The position numbers were made by a program, and so were the translations under genes. From positions 120,544 through 184,543 of the forward strand of contig CBFGTS010000010.1 of the NCBI GenBank assembly GCA_965652295.1: a DNA stretch of 64,000 nt. The letters are read 5' to 3'. The notes under the pieces are model-generated. The model had not been told where the DNA came from and ran no database searches. It worked only from the letters and a program-made list of their open reading frames with translations. This DNA comes from an uncultured Haloferula sp. (GTDB lineage: Bacteria > Verrucomicrobiota > Verrucomicrobiia > Verrucomicrobiales > Akkermansiaceae). Below, in pieces: positions 52,212 through 61,559 of this stretch. The number at the start of each line of letters is the position of its first letter. Positions within the stretch are counted from its first letter, which is position 1.

Positions 52212-53756
52212 ATGGCGGTGGATTTGAAAGCGAAGCTGCGGGAGGTGCCGCACCAACCGGGGGTCTACCTGATGAAGGACCGCCTGGGGTCGATCATCTA
52301 CGTGGGGAAGGCGCGCGACCTGCGCAAGCGGATGTCGTCGTATTTCATGGCGTCGAGGAAAACGCGGGCCGACCTGAAGACGCGGGCGTTGATCGACACG
52401 ATCGCCGATTTCGAATTCCACACCGTGCGCAACGAGGCCGAGGCGTTGCTGCTGGAGGGCAAGCTGATCAAGGACTACCGGCCGCGTTACAACGTGTCGT
52501 TCCGCGACGACAAACGCTTCCTGCTGGTGAAGCTGGACCCCGGCGAGCCGTGGCCGCGGTTCGTGCTGACACGGTTGAAGAAAGACGACGGCTCGCGCTA
52601 CTTCGGTCCCTTCGCCCACTCCGGTGCGTTGCGGGCCACGCTTTCCTGGGTGAACCGGAAATTCGGCCTGCGGGTCTGCCGGCCGCGGGTGCCGGACGAG
52701 GTTGCCTACAAGCACTGCAATGCCGACGTGATCCGCAACTGCACCGCGCCCTGCGTCGCGCGGATCGAGCGACGGGACTACATGAAGCGAGTGGACGAGG
52801 CCTGTGACGTGCTTGCGGGAAAAGGCCGCCGCGAGATTTTCGACGAGATCGAGCTGGCGATGGGCAAGGCGGCCGAGCGGCTCGACTTCGAAAAGGCGGC
52901 GCTGCTCCGCGACGTGCTCGACAACCTCAAGAAGACGCTCAACCCCACCCGCCAGTTCACCCGCGGCCGCGGCGTGCCGACGACGGTGAAGCCCACCGAG
53001 GACCTCGCCGAGCTGGGTGAGGAGCTGGGCCTCGCCGGACCGCCGCGGGTGATGGAGTGCTTCGACATTTCGAACGTCTCCTCGAACCACATCGTGGCCT
53101 CCATGGTGCGCTTCACCAACGGCCGGCCGGACAATCAGAACTACCGGCGGTATCGCATCCGCACGGTGGCGGGGCAGGACGACTTCGCCTCAATGGCGGA
53201 GGTGGTCCGGCGCCGGTATTCGCGGATTTTAAAGGAAAACTCGGACGCCGCGCCGGATCTGGAGGACTCGCAGGAGGACGTGGTGGAAATCCAGCGGCGG
53301 CTGGCGAAAGAGGGTCGGGCGAAGATCGTCCTGCCGGATCTGGTGATCGTCGATGGCGGCAAGGGCCAGCTTTCCTCGGCGGTGCGGGAGCTGCGACAGC
53401 TCGGGTTGCATGAGTTGCCGATCATCGGCTTGGCGAAGCAGCGCGAAGAGGTCTTCGTGCCGGGAAAGAGCGAGCCGATCCTGATTTCCCACGAACGTGG
53501 CGCGCTCAAACTCTTGCAGCGGATCCGCGACGAGGCCCACCGTTTTGCCAACGGCTACAACGAGCTGCTGCTGCGTCGGCGGATGAAGGAGAGCCTGTTG
53601 GATGACTGCCCGGCGGTCTCGCCGAAGCGCAAGCAGGCGCTGTTGGAGAAATTCGGCAGCGTCGCCCGGATCCGGAAGGCGAGCGTGAAGGAAATCGCGG
53701 CAATCCCCGGGATTTCCGAGCGCAGTGCCGAGGCGATTCTGGAATGGCTGGGGTGA
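52212..53756 (+). CDS. uvrC: Excinuclease ABC subunit C
   Basis: GIY-YIG (PGVYLM..IYVGKA), UVR (LDFEKAALLRD), ECFDISN, DDFASM, PDLVIVDGGKGQL, RDEAHRFA, HhH. Confidence 0.95.
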   Translation: MAVDLKAKLREVPHQPGVYLMKDRLGSIIYVGKARDLRKRMSSYFMASRKTRADLKTRALIDTIADFEFHTVRNEAEALLLEGKLIKDYRPRYNVSFRDDKRFLLVKLDPGEPWPRFVLTRLKKDDGSRYFGPFAHSGALRATLSWVNRKFGLRVCRPRVPDEVAYKHCNADVIRNCTAPCVARIERRDYMKRVDEACDVLAGKGRREIFDEIELAMGKAAERLDFEKAALLRDVLDNLKKTLNPTRQFTRGRGVPTTVKPTEDLAELGEELGLAGPPRVMECFDISNVSSNHIVASMVRFTNGRPDNQNYRRYRIRTVAGQDDFASMAEVVRRRYSRILKENSDAAPDLEDSQEDVVEIQRRLAKEGRAKIVLPDLVIVDGGKGQLSSAVRELRQLGLHELPIIGLAKQREEVFVPGKSEPILISHERGALKLLQRIRDEAHRFANGYNELLLRRRMKESLLDDCPAVSPKRKQALLEKFGSVARIRKASVKEIAAIPGISERSAEAILEWLG

Positions 53757-53757
53757 G

Positions 53758-53802
53758 GGAGCGCCGATTTCATAATCGGCGCTCCATTTTGGCGGCGCTC
53801 CA
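53758..53802. repeat. REP-like palindrome (GGAG foot) plus half-site
   Basis: GGAGCGCCGATT-TCAT-AATCGGCGCTCC followed by CGGCGCTCCA. An inverted near-copy lies at 59408-59449. Confidence 0.85.
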
Positions 53803-55373
53803 TGCTTAGCCTCCGCGCCGTGACCAGTTGGCAAACGGCGGTGGAAACGGTGAAGGCGTGCCTCGATGCGGGGGTGCGCGAGTTCGTGGTGTGCGCGGGG
53901 GCTCGGAATGCGGCGCTGGTGGAGGCGCTGGCGCAGGCCGAGGCGGCGGGCCACGTAACCTTGCGCCGGCACTTCGAAGAGCGCTCGGCTGGATTCTTCG
54001 CCCTCGGGAGGACGATGCACGGAGAACCCTGCGCGGTGGTGACGACCAGCGGCACGGCCGTGGCGGAGCTGCTGCCGGCGGTGATCGAGGCCCGCTACCA
54101 AGGCAGGCCGCTGGTGCTCGTCACGGCGGATCGTCCGGCGCGGTTCCGGGAAAGCGGTGCTCCGCAGGCGATCGTGCAGCCGGGGATTTTCGGAACTTAT
54201 GCGGGCAGCGGCGATTGGGCGGATTGGGATCGGCGGTCGCCGTGGCATGTGAATGTGGAGCTGGAGGAGGATTTCGAGGTAGGGGAGATCGCCTTGACCG
54301 AGGAAGTCCACCGCTACGATCCGAGCTGGCCGCGGCTGGCGGCGTCGGGGCTGGCGCGGTGGCTGAAGGACGATCTTTTCCGCGGGCTGGTGGTGATGAT
54401 CGGGGAGCTGGAACCGGAGGACCGCGAGGACGTTTTCCATTTCGTCCTGGATTTGAAGGTGCCGGTGGTGGCGGAGGCGACCAGCGGGCTGCGCGAGGCA
54501 CTGGGACCGCTGGTGTTGGCGGATGCGGATCGGGTTTTGAAAGCCCAGCCGCCGGGCAAGGTGTTGCGGCTGGGGGCGGTGCCGAGCGGCCGTTTCTGGA
54601 GGGATCTGGAGGACCTTCCGGAAACGGAGGTGTGGAACGTGACGAGCAGCGGCTGGCCGGGATTGGCGCGGGATTCGCAAACGATCACGGGACCGGTGGG
54701 GCGGGTCATTCGCGCCCTGGGCGACGCGGAGGAAGCGGGCGATGCGCTGGGTTTTCTGGACGGAAATTCCCGCTGCGCGGCGGAAATCGAAGAACTCCTG
54801 GAAGCCTTCCCGGAGAGCGAACCGGGCATGTTGCGCACGCTCTCGCACTACGCGGCGCTGGGCAGCGGGGTATTTCTGGGCAACAGCTTGCCGATCCGCG
54901 AGTGGAACCACTTCGCCCAGTGGGAGCAACCGATCGCCGAGGTGCGGGCAAACCGCGGGGCGAACGGGATCGACGGCCAGATCTCGACCTGGCTCGGCTG
55001 GTCCGCGGCGCGCGAGGATGCGTGGTGCGTGGTGGGGGATCTCACCGCCCTTTACGATCTCGCCGCGCCGGCGATGCTTGGCCAAGTGGTGCGCACGGGC
55101 CGGGTGCTGGTGGTGGTGAACAATGGTGGCGGCCGGATTTTTTCCCAAGTCCCGCGCCTGGCGGCGATGAACGAGCGGGCTCGCGAGCTGATGCTCAATC
55201 CCCACGAAATCTCCCTGTCCGGTTGGGCCGGAATGTGGGGGATGCGCTATTTGAAGATCGCCTCGCAGGACGATTTCGACGGGCTCGAGCCCGGCGACGA
55301 GCCGTTGGTGGTCGAGCTGGTGCCTTCGGCGAAGGAAACGGAGGCTTTCTGGAAAGCTTGGAACCGCGGGTGA
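53802..55373 (+). CDS. menD: SEPHCHC synthase (menaquinone biosynthesis, TPP-dependent)
   Basis: CAGARNAAL, EERSAGFFALG, TTSGTAVAELLPA, TADRP, GNSLPIRE, NRGANGIDG, GDLTALYD, NNGGGRIF. Confidence 0.92.
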   Translation: MLSLRAVTSWQTAVETVKACLDAGVREFVVCAGARNAALVEALAQAEAAGHVTLRRHFEERSAGFFALGRTMHGEPCAVVTTSGTAVAELLPAVIEARYQGRPLVLVTADRPARFRESGAPQAIVQPGIFGTYAGSGDWADWDRRSPWHVNVELEEDFEVGEIALTEEVHRYDPSWPRLAASGLARWLKDDLFRGLVVMIGELEPEDREDVFHFVLDLKVPVVAEATSGLREALGPLVLADADRVLKAQPPGKVLRLGAVPSGRFWRDLEDLPETEVWNVTSSGWPGLARDSQTITGPVGRVIRALGDAEEAGDALGFLDGNSRCAAEIEELLEAFPESEPGMLRTLSHYAALGSGVFLGNSLPIREWNHFAQWEQPIAEVRANRGANGIDGQISTWLGWSAAREDAWCVVGDLTALYDLAAPAMLGQVVRTGRVLVVVNNGGGRIFSQVPRLAAMNERARELMLNPHEISLSGWAGMWGMRYLKIASQDDFDGLEPGDEPLVVELVPSAKETEAFWKAWNRG

Positions 55374-55401
55374 GGCGTCCCGAAGCCAACCGGGTTCCCG
55401 C

Positions 55402-55431
55402 TTGACGCTATTTCGGGTGACTCCCTAGCTT
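55402..55431 (+). promoter_or_regulatory. Possible sigma70-type promoter of accBC
   Basis: TTGACG-N18-TAGCTT about 70 nt upstream of accB. Confidence 0.5.
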
Positions 55432-55498
55432 TCCTGACCGGAGCGCGGCTGGCTCCCGACCGCTGGCAGCCCAAATTTTCACACCAACCTTCAACGAC

Positions 55499-55978
55499 GT
55501 GGACCTCAAGGAACTTCGCAAGATCGTCGAGCTCATGAACGAGCACGGGCTCACCTACTTCGACATGTCGAAGGACGGTTTCCACCTGAAACTCAAGAAG
55601 GGCCAGGACCTCGAATCCCTGAAGTCCCTGCTTTCGGCCCTGCCGATGGGATACCACGCCGCGCCTCCTGCCGCCGCCGCTCCCGCCCCGACCGCCTCAT
55701 CGGTCCAGGCCGCGGCCCCGAGCGATGGCGCACCGGCCAACGATGGCGAGCCGATCACCTCGCCGATGGTCGGCACCTTCTACCGCAAGCCTTCCCCGGA
55801 CGCCCCTTCCTTCGTCAACGTCGGCGATACCATCAGCGAGGGTCAGACGCTGTGCATCATCGAAGCCATGAAGGTGATGAACGAGATCAAGGCCGAGCGC
55901 TCCGGCACGATCACCGCGGCGCTTGTGGACGACGGCAACCCGGTCCAGTTCGGCGACACGCTCTTCACCATCAAGTAA
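55499..55978 (+). CDS. accB: Acetyl-CoA carboxylase biotin carboxyl carrier protein
   Basis: Ala/Pro linker, SPMVGTFY, EAMKVMNEI biotinylation motif. Confidence 0.97.
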   Translation: MDLKELRKIVELMNEHGLTYFDMSKDGFHLKLKKGQDLESLKSLLSALPMGYHAAPPAAAAPAPTASSVQAAAPSDGAPANDGEPITSPMVGTFYRKPSPDAPSFVNVGDTISEGQTLCIIEAMKVMNEIKAERSGTITAALVDDGNPVQFGDTLFTIK

Positions 55979-56014
55979 CGCCCGCTTCGCAGGCATTTCC
56001 GCACCTCGCACCGC

Positions 56015-57367
56015 ATGTTCAAACGCGTCCTTGTCGCCAACCGCGGGGAAATCGCCCTCCGCATCATCCGCGCCTGTCGGGAACTCGATGTCGAGTCGGT
56101 GGCCGTTTATTCGGAGGCGGATGTCGATTCGATGCACGTCCAGCTCGCCGACGAAGCGGTCTGCATCGGCAAATCCGCCAGCAAGGACAGCTACCTGAAG
56201 GCGGACCGGATCATCGCCGCCGCGGAGATCACCGAGGCCGAGGCCATCCACCCCGGGTACGGATTCCTTTCCGAGAACGCCCGCTTCGCGGAAATCTGCC
56301 AGAGCTGCAACATCCAGTTCATCGGCCCGTCCGCCGAAGTCATCACCCAGATGGGCGACAAAGCCACGGCCCGCGCCACCGCCGTGGCCAACGGCGTCCC
56401 CATCACCCCCGGCACCGAGCTGCTCACCGATCCGAAGTTCGCGATCGAGGAGGCCCGGCGCATCGGCTTCCCCGTGATGATCAAGGCCACCGCCGGCGGG
56501 GGCGGGCGCGGCATGCGGCCGTGCTTCGATGAAAAGGATTTCCTCAAGCTCTTCGAAGCCGCCTCGAACGAAGCCCAGGCCTGTTTCGGAAACGGCGATT
56601 GCTACCTCGAAAAACTGGTGCTCAACCCGCACCACGTCGAGTTCCAGGTCATCGCCGACCGCCACGGAAACTTCCTCCACCTCGGCGAGCGCGATTGCTC
56701 CATGCAGCGCCGCAACCAGAAAATCATCGAGGAGTGCCCCTCGCCGCTGCTTACCCCCGAACTGCGGGCGCGCATGGGCGAGGCCTCCGTGTCGCTGATT
56801 AAGGCGATCGGCTACGAGAACGCCGGCACCATCGAGTACCTCGTCGATGACAAGGCGGAAAATTTCTACTTCATGGAGATGAACACCCGGATCCAGGTGG
56901 AGCATCCCGTGACCGAGGAAGTGATGGGCTGCGAGCTCATCAAGGAGCAGATCCGCATCGCCGCCGGCGAGCCGCTCTCCGAGCACGTCCTCAATGCCAG
57001 CCCGCGCGGCCACTCCATCGAGTGCCGGATCAACGCCGAGGATCCCTACAACAACTTCGCCCCCAGCCCCGGCACCATCGACCTCTGGTATGCTCCGGGC
57101 GGCAAGGGCGTGCGCGTCGATACCCACGTCTACTCCGGCTACACCGTCCCGCCGCACTACGACTCGATGATCGCCAAGCTCATCGTCACCGCTGCCACCC
57201 GCGAGATCGCCATCGCCCGCATGAAGCGCGCCCTCGGTGAATTCATGATCCGCGGCATCAAGACGACCATCCCGTTCCAGCAGGAAATCCTCAACCACCC
57301 CGATTTCCACTCCGGAAACTACGACATCGGATGGGTCGGCCGCTTCCTTGAGGAAAAGAAGCTCTGA
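56015..57367 (+). CDS. accC: Acetyl-CoA carboxylase biotin carboxylase
   Basis: ANRGEIALR, HPGYGFLSEN, GGGGRGMR, ERDCSMQRRNQK, EMNTRIQVEH, YDSMIAKLI. Confidence 0.97.
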   Translation: MFKRVLVANRGEIALRIIRACRELDVESVAVYSEADVDSMHVQLADEAVCIGKSASKDSYLKADRIIAAAEITEAEAIHPGYGFLSENARFAEICQSCNIQFIGPSAEVITQMGDKATARATAVANGVPITPGTELLTDPKFAIEEARRIGFPVMIKATAGGGGRGMRPCFDEKDFLKLFEAASNEAQACFGNGDCYLEKLVLNPHHVEFQVIADRHGNFLHLGERDCSMQRRNQKIIEECPSPLLTPELRARMGEASVSLIKAIGYENAGTIEYLVDDKAENFYFMEMNTRIQVEHPVTEEVMGCELIKEQIRIAAGEPLSEHVLNASPRGHSIECRINAEDPYNNFAPSPGTIDLWYAPGGKGVRVDTHVYSGYTVPPHYDSMIAKLIVTAATREIAIARMKRALGEFMIRGIKTTIPFQQEILNHPDFHSGNYDIGWVGRFLEEKKL

Positions 57368-57396
57368 GCGCCTGAAAGCCCGCTCCGCCTGCCAGT

Positions 57397-57419
57397 GGCA
57401 TGACCGTCCCGGTCATGAA
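57397..57419 (+). repeat. REP-like palindrome (GTGG foot)
   Basis: GTGGCATGACCG-TCC-CGGTCATG. Confidence 0.6.
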
Positions 57420-57460
57420 AGAGGGACTCGCGTCCTATCGGTGAAAGCCCATTCTTATCT

Positions 57461-58117
57461 TTGATCGTGTCCCACGCCCTCGCCACCGCCCGCCTCTACG
57501 CCATCCTCGATCTCGGCTACGTCGCCGCCGATTGCCTCGAGTCCGTTGCCAGCGAGCTGATCGCCGGCGGTGCCGACTTGCTCCAGCTTCGGGCAAAGCA
57601 CCACTCCGAAGCGGAAATCGAGGCCTTCGCCCGCCGCGTCCTCCCCCTCTGCCGGGAAGCGGGCGTCCCGTTCATCATCAACGATTTCCCCGAAATTGCC
57701 GCCCGCGTCGGCGCCGACGGCGTCCATGTCGGTCAGGACGACGGTTCCCTCGCCGACGTCCGTCAGAAAATTCACTCCGCGCTCCCCGCTCCCCGTTCCG
57801 AATTTCTCATCGGCCGTTCCACTCATTCGCCCGAACAAGCCCGCGCCGCGTTGGTCGAGGGCTTCGACTACATCGGCTTCGGCCCGCTTTTCCCCACGCC
57901 TACCAAACTCGGCCGCCCCGGCATCGGCCTGGAGAACGTTCAGCTCATGGAGGCCGAAGTCGGTGCCAAGATCCCCATGTTCTGCATCGGCGGCATCAAG
58001 CGCACCAATCTTCCCGAAATCGTCGCCGCGGGAGCCCGCCGCGTCGTCATCGTCTCCGACCTCCTCAACGCGTCCGACATCACCCAAGCCGTTCGCGCCG
58101 CAAGGTCAGCCCTGTAG
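57461..58117 (+). CDS. thiE: Thiamine-phosphate synthase
   Basis: LYAILD, LQLRAK, FIIND, ADGVHVGQDD, GRSTH, DYIGFGPLFPTPTK, IGGI. Confidence 0.95.
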   Translation: MIVSHALATARLYAILDLGYVAADCLESVASELIAGGADLLQLRAKHHSEAEIEAFARRVLPLCREAGVPFIINDFPEIAARVGADGVHVGQDDGSLADVRQKIHSALPAPRSEFLIGRSTHSPEQARAALVEGFDYIGFGPLFPTPTKLGRPGIGLENVQLMEAEVGAKIPMFCIGGIKRTNLPEIVAAGARRVVIVSDLLNASDITQAVRAARSAL

Positions 58118-58124
58118 AGACCGA

Positions 58125-58147
58125 GGAGCGCCGATGATGAGATCGGC
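58125..58147 (+). repeat. REP-like palindrome (GGAG foot)
   Basis: GGAGCGCCGATGATGAGATCGGC, same family as the 53758 and 59423 copies. Confidence 0.75.
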
Positions 58148-58215
58148 ACCGCCCCGCCAGCCGAGAGCCGCCCCTCTCGATAGACAGCTGCGCAGCTTCT
58201 GAAAAAGAACTTCAA

Positions 58216-58341
58216 ACCGCGAATCCACGCGAATGGGCGCTAATCTTGCATGGATGATGAATGGAGCCCCTTCACGCAACGGGTGAAGCGACGCTGTTCC
58301 AGAATTTTTGGTTCAGCTCCCCATTCGCGCCGATTCGCGGT
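58216..58341. repeat. Inverted-repeat element built of CGCGAAT units
   Basis: ACCGCGAATCCACGCGAATGG (58216-58236) vs CCATTCGCGCCGATTCGCGGT (58321-58341), 19/21 complementary, with an internal CTTCAC/GTGAAG hairpin. Confidence 0.85.
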
Positions 58342-58396
58342 CGCTAGGATCGTGGGAATCCCCTGCGCCAGCGTCTTCCCATTCCGCACTCCTTTC

Positions 58397-59356
58397 TCAC
58401 CAGCTCGTCATCCTCCGGAACTTCGCCAGCCGCTCTTCCACCTCGGCCGCTCCGATTTCCTCCAGCCGTCTCGTCGAGAACTCCTCGCACGTGAACGACG
58501 CCACCACCGAGCCATGCGCCACCGCCTGCCGGATGTTTTCGAACGAAAAATCGCCGTCCGCATGGGAGGCCAGATACCCGGCTAGCCCGCCGAGGAAGCT
58601 GTCGCCCGCCCCGGTCGGATCGGCGATCCCCCGCAGCGGGAAGGCCGCGCAGCGGAAAAAGCTCTCCGGGCAAGGCAGCGTGTCCTCGCCCCCGTTCTTC
58701 GAGAAAAGCATCGCCCCAAACTCACCCAGCTTGATCACCACGAAGCGCGGCCCTTTCCCCAGCAGGATCCGTCCGGCTTCGATCAGGTTCGACGTGCCGG
58801 TGAAATCGCGCGCTTCCCCCTCGTTGATCACGAACAGGTCCAACTTCGAAAGCACCTCGTGCAGCCGCTCGTTGGCGATCGAGATCCACAGGTCCATGGT
58901 GTCCGCGATGACGAACCGCTCGGAATTCGTGCATTCTGCAAGCATTTGGAGCTGGTTGTCCGGCGACATGTTGGCCAGGACCACGATCGGAGCGTCCGCA
59001 ATGGCCGCGGGAACCTTGACCTGCCAATTTTCCAGCACGTTCAACCCCACCCGGTGGGTCACGCGTTCGTTGAGATTCTCCAGGTATTCGCCGCTCCAGG
59101 TGAACGATTCGCCCTCCGAGCGCTCCACCCCCGCCAAGCTCACGCCGCGTCCCTCCAGCATCGCGAGGTGCTGGGGCGGGAAATCCCGGCCGATGATCCC
59201 CACCAGCCGCACGTCGTCGCAGAAAAAGCTCGCCGCTAGGGCCGCGTAGGCGGCCGAGCCGCCCAGCAGGTCGGCCCCCTCGGCGTCGGGGGTTTTCACA
59301 TGGTCGATGGCGATCGTGCCGCCGATGAGAACGGATGAAATGGGGTGTTGGCTCAT
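58397..59356 (-). CDS. PfkB family carbohydrate/nucleoside kinase
   Basis: GGSAAYAA, INEGEA, IKLGEFGA, DPTGAGDSFLGG. Start MSQHP. Confidence 0.92.
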   Translation of the reverse strand: MSQHPISSVLIGGTIAIDHVKTPDAEGADLLGGSAAYAALAASFFCDDVRLVGIIGRDFPPQHLAMLEGRGVSLAGVERSEGESFTWSGEYLENLNERVTHRVGLNVLENWQVKVPAAIADAPIVVLANMSPDNQLQMLAECTNSERFVIADTMDLWISIANERLHEVLSKLDLFVINEGEARDFTGTSNLIEAGRILLGKGPRFVVIKLGEFGAMLFSKNGGEDTLPCPESFFRCAAFPLRGIADPTGAGDSFLGGLAGYLASHADGDFSFENIRQAVAHGSVVASFTCEEFSTRRLEEIGAAEVEERLAKFRRMTSW

Positions 59357-59407
59357 GAATCTGGGCTGCCGAGTATGAAATCCCCTTCCTCCCGCCAACT
59401 GCGAACT

Positions 59408-59620
59408 TGGAGCGCCGGTTCTGGAGCGCCGATTATGAAATCGGCATCCGCCTCACCCCCAGAGCCCTCTCCCCTTCAGTAGAGAGCCCCGCCGCCCCCT
59501 GGAGCGCCGGTCTTGTTCCCCCGACTCGTCGGCATCAGACCGGCTTCCCCCAAGCGGCTCTCCCGAGAGCCCTCGCTCTTCTCCTCGAGCCGCACGGAAC
59601 GCTCCCACGGCACTCGCCCT
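59408..59620. repeat. Cluster of REP-like palindromes
   Basis: TGGAGCGCCGG, GGAGCGCCGATTATGAAATCGGC (59423-59445), GGAGCGCCGGTCT...AGACCGGC (59501-59544), GGCTCTC/GAGAGCC and CTCGCCCTCC units. Confidence 0.75.
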
Positions 59621-59876
59621 CCGTCCCCGCGACCCCACACGAAATACGCCCGGCGCACCGCCGACCAAGGGATCGCCGTGCCAAGAGCCTGAAAAAGTGC
59701 GGAGCCCCGCTCCAGGCCGGGCGAAAATCCTCCTTGCCGGAAGGGGCGGTGCCGTGCTCTCTTATCGTTGAAATTCAGTCGGATCGGCTGCCCCGGGCCC
59801 CGGTGACACCAATGTCACAGCCCTCGGCGGTTTTTTCTCGACGCCTTCGGATCCAACCCCTAAACCCAGACTCGTC

Positions 59877-60848
59877 ATGAAACCAATCACCTCATTCGCG
59901 CTCTTCTGCGCCTTCGCGGCTGTCTCGCAGGCAGCGGTCACCACGCCCGTCGGGTACAATACCGTGACCATTGCGCCGGGCATTTTCAACCTCGTAGGAG
60001 TTACCCTCCATGAGTCCGTTGTCATGTCGGGAACCCTTGATTCGGCTACGGCTGCCTCAGTCGATGATGCTGACGTGGATTTCTCAAGCCTTCCTGCTGG
60101 AATTTACATTCTTGAGCTTACAGACGGATCGGGGGTCGTCCAAGAAGTTGAAGTTGTTGATACGGACACCCTTTCCACGCCGGATGATATTTCAGCCAGT
60201 GTGACGGGAGACGTTACCACTTACACTCTCCGTCCCGCGTCCACTTTGGATTCTGTTTTTGGAGCGGATAACTCCAAGGCCAACCTTTCGCCGTCTACCG
60301 ATGGTTCCACAAGCGGAGCTGATATCGTTTGGGTTCAGACTGCTTCCGGTCTTCAGCAGTTTTACTACGTGGACATTCCGGGTACGCTTGAAGGGTGGTT
60401 TGACGGGTCGGAGCCGGCAGGCGACACGGTCTTGAACTACGCGGACGGTCTCTACGTTCAAACGCAGCCATCATCCACTGCTAACAGCTTCACCGTCGTT
60501 GGCGAAGTGAAGGTTGCTGCCACAAGCTCAGTCTTGATCCCTGGCTTCAATCTCCTGAATGCAGTTGCCCCAGCGGGGCTCACCCTTGGGGAAAGTGGTC
60601 TTCAGGCTTACATTGAGCCAAGCACGGATGGGAGTGAGACTGGTGCTGATCTAGTTTTGATCCCTGATCTGGCCAATCCTGGTTCATTTAAGACATACTA
60701 CTACGTTGATATCCCAGGAACTCTCCAAGCTTGGTTTGACGGCGCAGAAACCGCCGATTCGATCCCGTTGGAGGGGCCATTTTTCCTCAACAATTTGGAA
60801 GGTTCCACGAAGCCCTATAAGATCAATGCACCTACGGTCGCAGAGTAA
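59877..60848 (+). CDS. Secreted protein, TIGR02597-like (TxPVGY motif), with internal duplication
   Basis: Signal peptide then AVTTPVGY. Duplicated PSTDGS..GAD.V....YYVDIPGTL..WFDG. Family assignment is from recollection. Confidence 0.7.
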   Translation: MKPITSFALFCAFAAVSQAAVTTPVGYNTVTIAPGIFNLVGVTLHESVVMSGTLDSATAASVDDADVDFSSLPAGIYILELTDGSGVVQEVEVVDTDTLSTPDDISASVTGDVTTYTLRPASTLDSVFGADNSKANLSPSTDGSTSGADIVWVQTASGLQQFYYVDIPGTLEGWFDGSEPAGDTVLNYADGLYVQTQPSSTANSFTVVGEVKVAATSSVLIPGFNLLNAVAPAGLTLGESGLQAYIEPSTDGSETGADLVLIPDLANPGSFKTYYYVDIPGTLQAWFDGAETADSIPLEGPFFLNNLEGSTKPYKINAPTVAE

Positions 60849-60880
60849 TTTAACTGTTTCAGTCTCAAAGAAAAACTAAG

Positions 60881-61528
60881 ATGAAAGCGAAAACGTCATA
60901 CATTACAAAAGGAATCTTGGCCTTGACGGCCCTGATGGGTTGTAGCTTTGGTGCGACTTACACCATAACGAACGGATCTGGTGCGACCGCGTTCGGTATT
61001 GGTAACTCTTCAGGTGACGGCTTCCAAGGTTTAGAAGGTGTCGCTGCAGTGGGGACGTTCTCTTCGTTGGATTTCAACACATTCACTCAAGCGGATTTCG
61101 TCACGAATTTTTCGGCGTATGGTTCTCCTGGGTTCACTAATTTCCGGACGGCTGGCGTTTTTGGTAACAATGGGACGTTTACTTACACTCCTGGTGGTGT
61201 GGTGGGTGGCTCCTCCTTTGATGGCCAAGCGATGTTGGTTTTGGTGGGAAATGCGGATACCTTCGCTAATTCGACCGAGTTCTTGGTTCTGGATTTGGGT
61301 CGAAACTTCTCTGCTGCCGATGATGCCATCGCAACACCACAAACTGTCGCGATCACTGATAGCACGAGCGTGCTATTCGGTGGCACCGTTGGCAATATTG
61401 TGACGTTCAATGGAGACGTCTCTACGAACCAAGGATTCATCACGTCTGTGCCCGTCCCCGAACCCTCTATCGCACTTCTCGGTGGCTTGGGTGTTCTTGG
61501 ACTTCTGCGTCGTAGTCGCCGCGTCTGA
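60881..61528 (+). CDS. PEP-CTERM sorting domain protein
   Basis: Signal peptide, Gly/Thr/Phe-rich body, C-terminal VPEPSIALLGGLGVLGLLRRSRRV. Confidence 0.95.
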   Translation: MKAKTSYITKGILALTALMGCSFGATYTITNGSGATAFGIGNSSGDGFQGLEGVAAVGTFSSLDFNTFTQADFVTNFSAYGSPGFTNFRTAGVFGNNGTFTYTPGGVVGGSSFDGQAMLVLVGNADTFANSTEFLVLDLGRNFSAADDAIATPQTVAITDSTSVLFGGTVGNIVTFNGDVSTNQGFITSVPVPEPSIALLGGLGVLGLLRRSRRV

Positions 61529-61559
61529 ACCGAAAATCTCGTATTTGATTGATTTAATC

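Noticed and set aside
57368..57460. TPP riboswitch upstream of thiE
   Set aside because: No CTGAGA or ACCTGAT core; only a REP-like hairpin is present.
59400..59720. CRISPR array interpretation of repeated GGAGCGCCG units
   Set aside because: Irregular spacing, short degenerate repeats and no cas genes. It fits a REP cluster.
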